Notes under the pieces: model-generated | The model's input: only the letters and a program-made list of their open reading frames with translations | Databases searched by the model: none | Told to the model about the DNA's origin: nothing | NCBI GenBank assembly: GCA_964035545.1 | Contig: OZ037766.1 | Location: 11,088,722 to 11,152,721, forward strand | From: Bugula neritina | Lineage: Eukaryota > Animalia > Bryozoa | Direction: 5' to 3' | Length of the DNA stretch: 64,000 nt | Made by a program: the position numbers and the translations under genes | Part shown: piece after piece, positions 1 to 13,969 of the stretch | Position numbering within the stretch: the stretch's first letter is position 1 | How the letters are laid out: every line of letters starts with the position of its first letter

Positions 1-212
1 TCATATTATATGAAAATAAAAACACATCATTTTGACATTGATATTTTATTAAATTATGAAAACGTCAACAGTAGTTGGAACTAGTAAACATGGAGATAGT
101 TGAAATTATGTAGAACTGAAGTCATGCTATTATCAAGGTCAGTATAACCATGCTTAGGTGATGACCTGTTAGTAGTCTGCAATCATCAAATTAGTCTGCA
201 ATCATCAAATTA

Positions 213-522
213 GCCTAGGGCCACACTGTGCGTATTTTCGCATGCGAAAATTTAAACCTATGAGTGTCCACTGTATGCGTTGAGAAAACATTCGAACCTG
301 TCGCTCAGCATTCTCAATGCAAATGCGAATCGTCTCTGTCGTCGTCACCTAATTGGCTGGTAGTTATTCAGCGAGCCCAATTTCTTTATTTTAATGCTAC
401 ATTCCAGTAAATTTAAAAATGAAAGCTTTATTTATCACGCAGCACTGACGCTACAGTCGACACCTTTGCTACTTGTGGTTTCAATTTTCGCATGCGAAAA
501 TAAGCACAGTGTGGCCCTAGGC
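213..522. mobile_element. PIF/Harbinger (Tourist-like) MITE, 310 bp
   Basis: ~40-bp terminal inverted repeats (GCCTAGGGCCACACTGTGCGTATTTTCGCATGCGAAAATT at 213-252; reverse complement at 483-522, 1 mismatch); TTA on both flanks (210-212, 523-525), the 3-bp TWA target duplication typical of PIF/Harbinger; no coding capacity. Confidence 0.85.
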
Positions 523-3500
523 TTAGTCTATGCAAAATGTGGTTCAACTTTTTAAGCTTGCGGTTTAGTGGTGTCTGCAATAAAAATTATGTAAATAGGA
601 CCTGTCCTGACTAGTATCTTAAAATTAGCCCCTCGCCACAACTCAAACCCTTATGCTATTCGTATTGCTTAGCTAAGTAGCTTACTTTCAAAATTCTGTG
701 CTACATAGTTTCACCCTTGAACTAGTTACTTCTTGATGCATAAGTGCATCTATCCTAGATAAGCTGCAGCTCAATGTGGTTATATAACTTATTTTATAGG
801 AGTTAAAATCATTAATGTATAATCTACTGAAGAAAACATTTTTTAAATGTTCTGTTCATTTTAATCTCAAACTAGAGTGTGACAATCAACAGTATGTTGA
901 TTAAACTAACCACCTCTATTACTGTTGAAATAGAGGATTAATCAGTTTAGCATATCACTATATTAATAATGGGCTTTAATGTTGAGCAAATAAATCAACA
1001 GAGAAGTTCATAAAATTTCTTAGACACTATCATTAATTATAGCAAACGTTTTCTTCGTGATCTTTATTGAACTAATAATAGTTTAAGTGTATCACAAGAA
1101 ACATAGCCTTTTTCCGAAGACGATATAAAATCATAAAAACCAGTAAACTTGAGGCAGCAATAAGATTTCATTTTTGCTCCAAGAGTGAATGAGGTGTTGA
1201 ACACATAAGCAAGAATATAAACATTGTAGATAAAAGGTGGAAGAAATGGCTCTATAAAGGAGAAGATCTAGACAAAATTATTTAAGCATGAATAGGGAAG
1301 ACAAAATAAAAACACTTGTATCTGATTTAATGCATTGAAATGTCATTTTGCTCATTGGTTCAGTTACTGATTTGGCAAAACATCAGCTGAGAGAAGACAT
1401 TGAGTCCTCCGAATTTGACACCAAATATACTTTGGGGATAGCTGCTGCATAAATTCAATTTTTTTTGCCAAACTCCTGGTCAAAAAAGACTAGCTGAAAG
1501 AGTATAAGGAAGAATAGCAAGAAAAAACATCGACAAAAGTAAAAACAACCTTGTTCATGGGAGGAAATTTGCAACTAAACCCAGTATAAACCACTAAGCT
1601 TGACATCGTTTTAAGGCCTGGACTAAGTTTATTTGAACTGGTCAACAGGTAATGAGTTTAATTTTTATCCAGTGTTGGGAATATGGTAGGCTTAATCTGT
1701 TTTACAAAATACTATTACTTTGAGAATATATTAGATATTATCTGTGCAATACCTAAAAGGCAAAGCTAGGTGAAAACTATGCTAGAACAGAACTGGTGGA
1801 TCCAAAAGCGGCAGAGTAATTCAGCAAAAAGCCTAAAAAATAAGTAGAGAAGACTTTGAAAGATAAAAAAAAAAATTTGGGCTGTATACATGTACTAGAA
1901 AATCATAGAGAATTATATTAGAACTGTTAGTGTAGTTTGTAGAGGTGCTAAAAAGTTACAGCCACTTTCCAATATAAGTAATGAGAGACCTTTTGTGCAG
2001 AGCCTAAGACCAATAAGGGCTTCTTCCTAATGCACATCAATGTCACGTTAGTATCCAAGATGACCAAAATTAAAAACATTGAAAACCCTATAGGCATAAA
2101 TTGTACGAGAGAACTTCAACTTATTGACAAATTCAAGTCTTCCTATTGATATTGAGTGTTCCTATTTACTATATCTTTATTATATAATTTAAATTACAAT
2201 TTTAGGTGGTAAGCTTTTAAGCATTCAACTGTCCTCAATTAAGTATGTTTTTTGTTTTTATTTGACTAATTGACTATATTAACAGACTAAATGAATTATA
2301 TAAGTATTCAATTGGCAAAAAGGCAAACAACCTGTTAAGGTTTGAAAAGTAACCCAAAGCTAAAACTCTTGACAGTTGTTATTGTCAATGTATATTTAGT
2401 GGTACTCATCATTTTCTTAGTTCACCTGGGAAAATAATGCCCCTGGAATTCGTTAATCTTAAAAGTAAAGTTGATGCAGGTGCAGCTCTAAAAAAGGGGA
2501 GATAAAACTTATAATTTTAAAATTACCAACAAACTCAAAGAAAACTTAGCAGCGGAGGTGGCTGAAAATGTGCTTTGATACATTGGGTTGTAGACTACAG
2601 CTACAGGGAAACAATGGTGAGAGGTGTATGCATTGGATGCTGTTCCCATAAAAAGTGTGTACAAAAACTTGGTATATACCTAAAGAGGTGGCAGATGGGT
2701 AAAAGCTTTGGTGGAAAAATTGGTATTACTTAGACACAGGTTATTGGAGTTGGCCAAAAAATAAGATGTAATTCAAACCAGCAGCAAAGAAACAACAAGT
2801 AGAGTGAAAAATATCAGGACTTAAGAGCTGGGCTTGATGGCTAAAAAATCCACTACGGACTTGGCTTATATATTTATTAGCTTTCAACAGAGCAGAAACT
2901 GCAAGCTATTAGAAATCTCAAATCAATTTAGCACATATGCGCACAAAATGTATTATATAACAGGTTTGGACATACAACCCTAAAACAGTATATAGATGAA
3001 AGCTAAGATATATAAGAATATTTCAATACTACATAAATGAAGTATCTCATAGAATCTTTAAGAGGCCATAGCACCAAATTACCTCAAAAATTATAGCTGC
3101 AGTTTCATATTGCTCGTGAAACCTGAAACTAGACTTGAAAAAATGCTGAAATGAAAAAATCAAACTAGAGTTAACTCCTGCAACTGAGTTCCGTAAAATG
3201 GAAGGTGATTTTTTTTGTTATCCACTGGGATTATGGTAAACAGCTCAAATATAAGTTATAATAATGAAGGCTGAACTTTTAACGCCAATATATCCAGCAT
3301 AAGGTCATGCAGCCTGAAGGAAAAACTCTAATACAGACAAGGTGATATCAAAAGCTAATAATATAATTGCATTGCTTTAGTAAAGCTCTTATATAAAACG
3401 TAACTTGCTAGACCCAAAAAAGCATTACTTTCCCCAAAGAAATGAATAAAAGTTTGCTTATATACAAAATCTGTAGTAAAAAGTAACGTTATAACTTGCA

Positions 3501-6500
3501 TAATAATGATGGCAGTGAATACATTGTCTTTCTGGTTGTCTAGGAATGACCAAAATCTTGTGCCAACATAATTAAAGAACTGCAAGTGAAATGGCAGCAG
3601 TATTGGAGATGTAATGACCTGCTATCTGAATGGGACAGAGTGGAGATGGTGAGGATTGGAGATGTAAGGTCAATATACCAAATAATGAATACTTATAGCT
3701 AAAAAGTTAAGCTGAGAAAATAGGAAAAGCAGTCATGGATTGATGTAAAGTCCACATAGCCCATTTAAAACTTTTACTTGTCCCAGGGATTTCAACTCCT
3801 AAACATAGGGAGTGTTGAAATGTTTTCAATTCTCTTGTTACTCACAACTTTTTTTCAACATAATATATTTTTATTAGAGTAAAAATATTCACCTGTGATG
3901 AATACCAAGACACTATGTGCTGTAACCAGCCAGCCAGAGGTAATTTACCACTTGGCTATTCAAATGTAGACAAGGCATATTTTAAAAATAGGTTTATTGA
4001 TCAATATGAAAAACTACTTGTTGTATGGAAGTCGTCACTAAAAGTATTGGTTAGTGCAATAAGCAATACACCTGAGACACCTAACAAAAGAACATAGCAA
4101 CACCCAGTCCAATAAGTTCCCCCACACGGTTTGAAAGTCAGCAAGGTCAAAACTAGCACGCCATAGCAGCCATTTAAGGCCTATCAACGACCGTTCAGTT
4201 AGAACATATTTCAAGTCTACTTTCACTTCAACACAAGATTAACGAATTGGACAGAAAGAAACTAGCTTCACTAAAGAACGTAATAGCACACGTAGCACAC
4301 ACCAGCTGTTAACCATAACGATTATGATCCGATTTTTTTCGTTGAAATTTGGCCAGCGTCAAAGTGTCTTGTTGCTTATAGTAAAGGTACTCTTTTATTA
4401 TATAGGAAAATCTACTTCCCAAAAAATGATTTTTGGCAATTTATAGGTTTTGTTGAGAGAACATACCCAGGTGAAGAAAAAACTGAAGGCTTGTATCTCA
4501 AAAGCTGAATGGTTAATGGCTGCTTTCAAGTTTCATCAATTTCCAGCAAATTAGGCGTTTTTGTGGGTGTGACTAACAAATAAGCTATATTAATGGCAGA
4601 TTTGCTAGTTAATTAAGAATGGCAAGTTTCTTGGAAATCCATCAGACTTGAGACAGAATATATAAATTATTCTCTAGGCCTTAGGAACTAGTATTTACAG
4701 ACAACTGCATCATAATGCAATCCTGTGACGCGGTAAGCCTAAACCTCATTACTAAGGCTACACTTTACCATCAAGTCTAAACTTAATCACTAAGATTAAT
4801 TATTGTGGGTTGAACTTGGCTGAAACTTTAATAGGTTTTTGTATTATATCAGAATACTGTTTGCATCAAATATATTGCCTACATTTCTCAATGAATAATT
4901 GTCTTTTGCATAATGAAAATACAAACTAAAATACATACCTAAGTATGAAATGGCTATTCACACTATGCTGAGGTGATATATCCCCAGGAGTACACTGAAG
5001 ATGCCACCATGTCAACAACCTGATGATCAAAACAGCAAAATAAAATAGATACGACCTGGGGGAGATCATTTCACATCCCAAACTTAATTTCACACTCTTT
5101 CACACATGGTTGAACGGAAGACATGTAATTGCAATATAGCAATTAAAAATATGATCAACAAGCTAGCAATGGCCTGCAATAGATAACCAGACCAAGTACG
5201 CTATAAATAACACCAACCAGACACTGAAAGGATGTACCAACTATGCTAATAGAAAAGATCATACCTTGCAACATTATTTACAAGACATAGTGAATGACAA
5301 GTTAGACATTAGGAAACCTAAACTATACACATTTTATTGATTGTGAAACCAAAGGTGTAAAAAACTTATTCCACTTAAAATAAAATATGCTGCAAAGACT
5401 CGATACCAATAGTTTTTTGATAAATAGCATTTCAATAGGCTAAATAGACACAACATACATCTTAGTCAGTATAAAATATAAATTTATGCACATTCCTTGA
5501 ATGCAAAAAACTCAATTTTTAAAAATGGTTAAAGAACCCCAATTGAAAAACTAGACTTTTAGCCCGGGGAAACTAAAACCCAGAAATATAGGAAACTGCT
5601 TTCTTAAGGTCCATAGACCAACCTTCCCCACGTGTCAAATCATTGGTTTTAATACACATTCGAGTTGTAGTGATCAATTAGTCTGCTGTTCAGTAACTAT
5701 ATCCCAGTAAAATATCATGCGCCTATAATACAAATACTTAATTGCTGTCTATATAAGCCCAAAGTTTTATTAATTTTAATTGAATGTGGGCAGCCTTTAT
5801 TTAAAAAAAGATGACATACCAAAAATATTTTAACAAATGAAAGCTGTTGCAACAAATAAACAGCTTAAAGCTATAAGAAGTAGGCTACTTGCAATTGCAA
5901 ATTTTTAAAATAAAAACTGTAAAATCGACCATTGAATTTTGTTGTACATCATATCATGTTACAAGAAATTGCTAAAATATTTTGACATATTATTTTAACA
6001 TGATATTGTTAACTCATTCATCTCTATAATCATAAGTCTAAAGTCAATTTTGATTTTCAGTTCAAAATAGAACACTTTGTAAAACAGCGTAAAGAAGTTT
6101 CCTTTTGCCTCTTTGTGTTTCTTGGTGACCTGCCTTGAACATAAAAAAGTAAGCTTTTCAACAAATGTGGTGGTAACTGGCTTAATTTGTTAAAGAAAAT
6201 AGGTCAAGCTCATTTTTATGATGATGCATGATCTATGTTGGAGCAAAGTCTTATGACATCAAGTAAATGTTAATCATTTAAGGAATGTAAAGATAATAAA
6301 CAGTCTAGCTAATGTTTAAAAAACTCTCCCATTAAAATACAAAACATAATATTTTTGTCATAGATCTATTTATTAAGAAGATGACTTACTGGTTGGATTC
6401 CACCAATCCACGCTTACATCCTAAGAATTCACAGACAAATTTAAAAAAAACTCCCTAGACTGAAGTGCAAGGTCATTTGCACAATTTTTCTGAAATTTAA

Positions 6501-6560
6501 GTTGGCGGTTTCCATTTTCATGAACTCAATACTTCTACTAGAATAAAAATATAGTTGGGG

Positions 6561-7850
6561 TAGGGGTAACGGGACACAACGGTCCTAGGGGTACAAAAAG
6601 CCGGTCAAATTGTGAGAGAAATTATTGACTTAGAGTTGTGATATTTTTTAATAAAAAGGTATTGACATAATTTTTCAGCTATTGTATTCTCAACACTTGT
6701 TGAAGAGGCGAGTCAAAAACTGTTTTTATCTACTTTTTGTAAATTTTTTAAGATGTCGTTAAAGCTTTATAACTTTTTACACTCAAAGGTAAAAAGCCTA
6801 GATTTTACTGATATTGTTGCCATTGCTTGTCTCTACATTGCTTAACTAGTATAACAGCAAACTCCAAAATAAATTTTCCTTGAGACACATTTAATTTCAA
6901 CTTGGCCACACGGGCACAATGGGCATCCTGATCCTTGCAACCTGATCACTGTTATTAGTTTGTTTGCCCAAAAAGTTAGATGAAATGTTAATAAAATCTA
7001 TAGATATAGCCATTTCTGACCTTTTTGTAAAGTATCAAAGACATCATGGTATAACTACCAAACTAGAAGGTGAAGCTCCCCCAATAGGCCTATTTACATT
7101 TGGTGAGGTTAGAGCTTTGCCATTTTATACATCATACAAAACACTTTGCTGTTGCTACTAATGGATAGTCATGATATTCATTATACATAATATCATTGAG
7201 GCAATATACATCTTTTTGACTAAAATAAATTGCGATTTGCTCATTTCCTTCCCCTTCTCTTCCTTCCATACTCAAGTCACAAACCTCAGCCATGCACCTT
7301 AGCTACAGTTCATAGAAAAAAGTCCACTCGGAATTTTGTAGTACATGTTACTAAAGTTTTTTCTGATGAAATTGTTCTTGTGAAGTGAAAATAGAAAAAA
7401 CATTTTTAGTTCTCAACAGTAATGAAAATGGTGCCATAGAAATGAGTGATGTGCATTTGATTTTGCCTCCCCTTGTTATCAGTGGTGGTACAAACTGCAC
7501 AGCTAAAACATGATTTTTGCTGTAGATCTGAAAGAGTATTTTTATTTATTTGTGTATATTAATTCAATTAAGATTAGATGCAACCAAATCAACAAAGTTT
7601 CAATTTATTTGTTGTGTCCCACCCAGTGGTCCATTGCACCCTCGTAGGGGGGGCACAATGGGCCAATTTTTTCGTCATGAAAATTTCATTATTCTGAAAG
7701 TTGTGAGAGAGATAGCAACAGCACACTAATACCTGTAATAAACAAAAGATGCAGCATTTAGACTGGAGATTATTAAACTAGTAACTTGAAAAACAGACGA
7801 ATGAGAGCAAAAAACTCGAAAATCAGCCCGGTGTGCCCCCCCCACCCCTA
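6561..7850 (+). mobile_element. Non-autonomous pogo/Tigger-like (Tc1/mariner superfamily) DNA transposon, internal deletion derivative
   Basis: Imperfect TIRs TAGGGGTAACGGGACACAACGG (6561-6582) vs CCGGTGTGCCCCCCCCACCCCTA (7828-7850), with TA at both ends; GGGCACAATGGG-type motifs repeated at ~6912, ~7611, ~7631, ~7650. Decayed coding remnants on +: N-terminal MV.NYQTRR...IGLFT...EVRALPFYTSYKTL (~7046-7160, HTH-psq-like) and C-terminal ...DVHLILPPLVISGGTNCTAK...VDLKEY (~7320-7540), resembling invertebrate pogo-like transposase ends; no DDE core seen. Confidence 0.65.
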
Positions 7851-10680
7851 CTTACTATTTATTTGAAACCCATCACAATCATGAAATTAATTAACCGATC
7901 ATCATGCTATAAAACAGCTGCAGCATGAAAAATACATTTCTTTTAAAAATTAAAATAAAGGAACTGATGTTTTCATAAATATTCATATGTGAAAATCAAA
8001 AAGCACTAACTCGTAAATCTGTCTTTTACTGTGGCTAAAGCCACCAACGGGTATATTTTATGTAATAGTCAATGCATCTTCTCAAAGGTAGTAACTTGTC
8101 GAGATGTAGAAGTGAAATGTAGGGAGAGTATATCCTATAATATACAGCTTTTATTTTTGTAGAACAGCGTGAAAGCAGGATGCTCAGCCATGCATCAATT
8201 GCCACTTTTTTTGTTTAAGGAGAATTTATTCATGCCAATGGCATTCTTTAAAGACTGAAAAGCCTTTTACATGTGGCAACCTTTTAGCTACGATCAATAT
8301 TTTATTACCATTATGTTAGATTCATGTAAACTATATTGCCTACTAATTTTCGCCAGGTTACCCTAGTAAGGTAATTTGTATACACCTGTATATCATTATA
8401 TTAACCAACTATTAAAGTAAAAAGAAACAGATTTCGATTTTATGACCAGGTACAGCCAAATTCTAGGTCCAGAATTTTGCCAACTAGGCATGTTATCTTT
8501 AGTTTAGTGTTTCGATTTAGAAACATTATTGTTTTATTTCATAGCCAGACAATTCATTTTGCCAAAATTCAACCATTACAAAAAACTGCAACTCCGCAGT
8601 GTCTTTTTTACGGCCAGGTATTTTATTTGAAGTAACTATTACTTTCAAAGTGAACTGGTATGTACCTCAATACAGAAAAGAACTTGTAGTGAAGCGATGA
8701 CTTGATAACAATAAGTAAAGAAACTCAGCAACCAAAACCTCCTGTTAGTCTGTAGCTGGTACAGTGAAGTGCATTTTATACTAGGCCAGAGTAATCAGCT
8801 TCTACCACTTCTTAAAAAGGGGTAGCAACTCTAACATGTAATATCTTATCTTTCAATATACTATAACTGTTAATGATTTTATTATTGCGCATTAGGCAAA
8901 TTTGCCATCAACACATGCATTCTAAATTCTTTTAATATTGTTTGTTAAGTGATTAAATAATAATAAAGTAGCTTAAAAATTAACTTTGGCTTTTAATACG
9001 GTAATTCATAAAATACGTGACAGACTTTACAGTTTATGCATATTTACCCACTTCTCGAGGTCTAGACTCCAGTTGGTTAAGAGCTATCTATGAAGTAACT
9101 GCAGCCACAGTGTAAGAGATTCGCACATAAATTAGAGCCAACGTCAGATCAACTTGAAGACAAAGAAGTCAACTGCGTCATTGGAGAGTCATTTATTAGC
9201 AGGTAATCTAAACGGGACATTTAAATCTGTATAATAGTTTAAGATTGATGCTTAAAATATGCAGCTTAAATGCTGAATTCACAAATCCTTATTTCAAGTA
9301 AACTCACAGCCAGACGCAGGGTATTCAACAAATAAAAGCTTAATAAATCAAAAATCAATTATTTATATATTTACATACTCATCACAGCAATATTCAAAAC
9401 AACTTGCTGAACATTTACAAGCACATATATCTTTTGAAATTATCCAAACAAAGCTTTTAATTAGACCATTGGACGAGCAAGTGCTCACAAATTCAGACTG
9501 GGTTAATAAAATTGAAGTGAAGTTAAAAATTCAAAGCAGAATTTAAGTACATTATTAGTATTTTATAGGCTTTGTTCTTAGCAAGTCAACTCTGCAATGA
9601 TTGTGGTAATTTCACCATTTAGAATACCATACGCATAATAGATAGATCAGTAGTGACTACTATTAGCCTATCGATCTGAAACTGCTTCAATAAAATGTTA
9701 ACTACAAAAATGATTATGCAGAGGAGCCCTAAGAGTCCCTAAGTATTTAAGCTAAAGAATAAAAATAAGCTGGGGAGCAAAACTAGTAAACAGAAAAACT
9801 TGGCTCAATCAATTACAGCTCACCAGTCAAATATTTGCTAATTCTGTAAGCAGTTAAAAGTTGGAAATATAAAACTTTTGTGTATTACCAAAACCTCATC
9901 CTTTACTGAATCTATTAGATATAAAAATAAGCATGAAAAATTTAAATTTTATAAGAGGGTGAAATTGTTCTGTTGAATATATGACGACAATGACACATCA
10001 ATACAGTTTGTTTGAGAGTTTTGCTCTCCTGTATATTATTATGTAGTTTCTAAAGTAAGGATAACTCTGTTAGGGAAATGAGAAAACCCAATGAATCATA
10101 AATATTCAAAAAATGCAAGCAGACCTGTACCATTTTAATTTAACCAAAGCAAATTATTTCAAGCCACCAACCATTAGATTCACCGTTTGATTATATTCTA
10201 AACGGAAAGTTTTCAGTATTTCATTAACAAAAAAAACCTATGTCTTTTCTAGCTGCAACCTTAAATAATTAAAACAACATTAAATATTAAAATTCTGACT
10301 CGTTGCCAGCATGAAAATAAACAAATAGAGCAAAAAAATACACTGAGATTGTAAAAACTGCACAACTGCAAAATATGAAAATAGTCTGTAAATGAAAATA
10401 TCATATTTTCAACTTAGGAGTAAAAAATGTCAAAATTGTGGGTTGACAGCCTAATCAGAGTTGGCATAATTTAACATTTTAGCAACTGCTTTTTCCCAGG
10501 ACTCTTGAAATACGAGATAAGTGTTTTGCGAATTCAATAACTTAATTAAAACTTTCTGTCTACAGCTTAGTTGACAAATTATCCATAAAAAGCTGGCACC
10601 ACTGATTATACCAAGCAATATATAATTTGAGCTACAGTTTAAATGTAATTACTGTATTAATTTATAATATTCAGAAATTT

Positions 10681-10723
10681 TGCTATAATTATATTCATGC
10701 TGAATATGAATATAATTATAGCA
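10681..10723. repeat. Perfect 18-bp-stem hairpin (local inverted duplication)
   Basis: TGCTATAATTATATTCAT (10681-10698), 7-nt loop, ATGAATATAATTATAGCA (10706-10723). Confidence 0.85.
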
Positions 10724-10846
10724 TAAGTAATTATAATTATCAGCATGAATCATGAGCATTGCATAGCCATATGTTAATATAATACTTAAAGTTATACTAT
10801 TTCTTATAGTTATACTAATACTAGCTTAAAGTTATCTGTTATTGAT

Positions 10847-11263
10847 GAATCCACGACATTTCGAAAATGACAATTGGAAAACACCTATTTGGAAAATGGA
10901 CAATTGAAAAATAGACATTTAGAAAATGGCATTTGGAAAATGAAGAATATTCAACATGGCCTAGTCCAGAGGGAGCGTTTAGTATCTGGTCGGGTTCAAA
11001 AAGCATTTTGTAAATGTGAACAGTTTTAAATTAGAACTACTTGGTAACTAATTCTACTTCCATGATAGCCTAACTGATTCAGCCATTATATTTATTTTTA
11101 AAAGCTAGTTTGAGATTGACCAGATGCCGGACAACCCCTCAGGACCAGACCATGTTGAATACTTTTTATTTTCCAAATGTCTATTTTTCAATTGTCTATT
11201 TTCTAATTGTCCATTTTCCAAATAAGTGTTTTCCAATTGTCATTTTTGAAATGTCGTGTTATC
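10847..11263. mobile_element. MULE/Mutator-like foldback MITE, 417 bp
   Basis: ~145-bp TIRs (10847-10991 vs 11118-11263) built from tandem 14-15-bp units GACAATTGGAAAAT(A/G); exact 9-bp target-site duplication GTTATTGAT at 10838-10846 and 11264-11272. Confidence 0.88.
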
Positions 11264-11981
11264 GTTATTGATAGCTACTGATTTATGGTCTAAGCCTAAG
11301 CCTAGGCCTGGCCAACTCTAAACTCTGGCCTAGGCCAACTCTAAACACTAGACACCAAACTACTGCACTTAAACTTAAAGGGTTAAAGGTCTAACTATAT
11401 TATATCACTCTGACTGCACTCAATAGATGAGTGACCACAAACTGGATACATACTCATACTGCTTCTACTTCCAACAACTTTCTAAGGCCTAGCCAATAGC
11501 CTAGGCCCTAGAGGAATAATTATAATCATAATGAGTTATGAAACAGAGTTCTACTTGGTGTTAGTAATAGTAATACTCTTTTTTTAATTATCATTATGAT
11601 TATCATTATTATTACATTATAAACTATGCATATCTAATATAAATATTACTATTACTATTAGATTTAGTAATTTACTATTACTATTACCATTAGTATTAGT
11701 ATCAGATTCTGTATGAGTATGTACTTTTGATCAAACTCGATGTTCAACTTCTACTTAAATTTCATCAACATTAACATGAATATATCAGAGTGAATGTCAA
11801 TGTAATTGTAAATGTCAAATTCAATCAAGTCAATCACTATCCCTATGACATTGACTATGGCAGTGTGATCCCAGTTCTTATTTTAATCTTTTAAAAATTG
11901 CAGAATGAGAATACAATTAGTATTACTATTAGTACTATTAGTATTACTATTACTATACTGAATTACCATAACTGTTAGTAT

Positions 11982-12549
11982 GGTGTCATCCCAGATAGAC
12001 GCTTTCCAGTTACATGCTAGGCTAAATTTCCCACTTAGACGTTTGCACTTGGACGCTTCCCAATTAGACGCTATTTTTTATCTTGGTACAAGATATATTT
12101 TATGTGCAATTTATTTGAATATTATTTAAATATATGTATATTTAAATAAATCACCTATTGAGCACATGAATAAATTTTTTTGATCTGCATTAACATTTTA
12201 ATTTTACATATTTTTTGTTTCTTGTTTGAACAGATATTTTGTTAATGAGTATTCATTAATTAAAGATAATGTTTATTATTAATATATTACTGTTTTTTGT
12301 CCCACAAAAATCTATAAAAATTCGAATATTGTTCCAGATAATTCATGTTAGCTATTATAGCTATTAGCATTTTAGCTATTTAGCAATGAATGCAACAGTT
12401 ATATAGGTGTATATATAGGTATATTATTATATAATTATATGGCACCAAAATAAAAATAGAGTCTAACTGGGAAGCGTCCAAGTGGGAACTGTCTAAGTGG
12501 GAAATTTAGCCTAGCGTCTAACTGGGAAGCGTCTATCTGGGATGAAACC
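11982..12549. mobile_element. Foldback MITE with GG termini (MULE- or Merlin-like), 568 bp
   Basis: ~110-bp TIRs starting GGTGTCATCCCAGATAGACGC and ending GCGTCTATCTGGGATGAAACC, containing repeated ~16-bp TTCCCACTTAGACGC-like units; AT-rich core; flanks GTTAGTAT / ATTAGTAT (8-bp TSD with one mismatch). Superfamily uncertain. Confidence 0.8.
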
Positions 12550-13969
12550 ATTAGTATTAGTATTAATTTACAAATACATCAATTATCATTATCATTATGA
12601 CTACAAGTAAAACTTAAACTTTCAGCAACATTAACTAAAATAAAGAGTAATACTAATAGTAATACTAATACTACAGTATATAAAGTATAATTATATTTAT
12701 AATACTTCATAAGTATAACTATAACTATAAGTATTAGGCCTAGTATTGCTATTACTATTAAATTAATACTATTAGTAGGGTCATTCCATGACAACTCAGC
12801 AAATGGCTCACGCCTTTGCGTCTCAGATTTTATTCATATTTACATCAAATGGACCTACACATGTCCTGAGTACTATTCTTGAATATTTCTGGCTTGACAC
12901 AAAAACTTTTTGAGAAATAACTACTTTTGTGAGCAAAGGTTGGGAAAAATTTGGAGGAAAATTTTTGATTTCTACTTTTAGATCAATTTATAAACGTCAA
13001 TATTTCGATCATTTTTCTAGACTGAGCCTTAAAATTTGCTGTGTTATTTGATAACACCTATCAATTTGCACTAGTAGTAACACATACTACAGACTGCTGT
13101 GTGTGCATATATGCTAAGCCATTGAATATAAGCAAATTTTTGTACATTTTGAAACATTTTTAATATTCGCCACATCATAAAAGGCGTTTATTTTTATTTT
13201 ACTTCTATAAATTTTTATCCATAAATAATTGATTATGGTAACTTTATACTCCTCAATTTGTGCAATTTTGAAATTAATATTTTCCGAGATATAGACACCC
13301 AAAGTTGAGAAAATGTGAAAATTCGCCCAACTTCACAAAAATGTAACCCAATGTTTGAATACAGTAAAATATATTAAAAAAGCATTTTCTGTAAGGTTAT
13401 TTAGTGTGTTTTGCAGATCTATAAGTTTGAACGTCCTTATATTGTCCAAACTTAACGAAGATCGCACGGAAAAATGGTATGTGTACGAAAATTGACAAAA
13501 TACAATTTTTCAACATAATAGGCTGGGATCATACATTTTTTATTATTCATATTGTTCAAAATATTAAGTAGATACATATATGTTTCCTATATATATTAAA
13601 TGTTCTGAAGATTACAATAAAATCTGATTTGTGTGTAATATTGTAAAAAGTTCTGCCGATTGGCATTGTACGATATTCCTACTTAGTTTCATGTAGCAAT
13701 TGTTGCTTCTGTGAATGCATAGTGTGAAACAGCTGAAGTCTTGCTGGAATCAAGTACATTAAGTAATTGAGGCAAGGGTGGCTTCAAAAAACATGCCCAA
13801 ATATAACACCATGGCCCCGAACACAATAGGCCTAATTAGGTCGATGAGGGGGGTTAATACATGCTGGAAACAATTGTAGTTTTTGAAACAGGCCGTGTAT
13901 AAATATAGCAGAATGGCCCTAACCTCACCCTAATTAGGTCAGTAATTGGCCCCAAGCTAAGTATAATAT

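Noticed and set aside
7990-9220. Exon-like segments with splice-like borders at ~8011-8134 and ~9048-9202
   Set aside because: The first has stops in all three minus-strand frames; the second gives only short unrecognisable peptides; neither could be chained into a gene.
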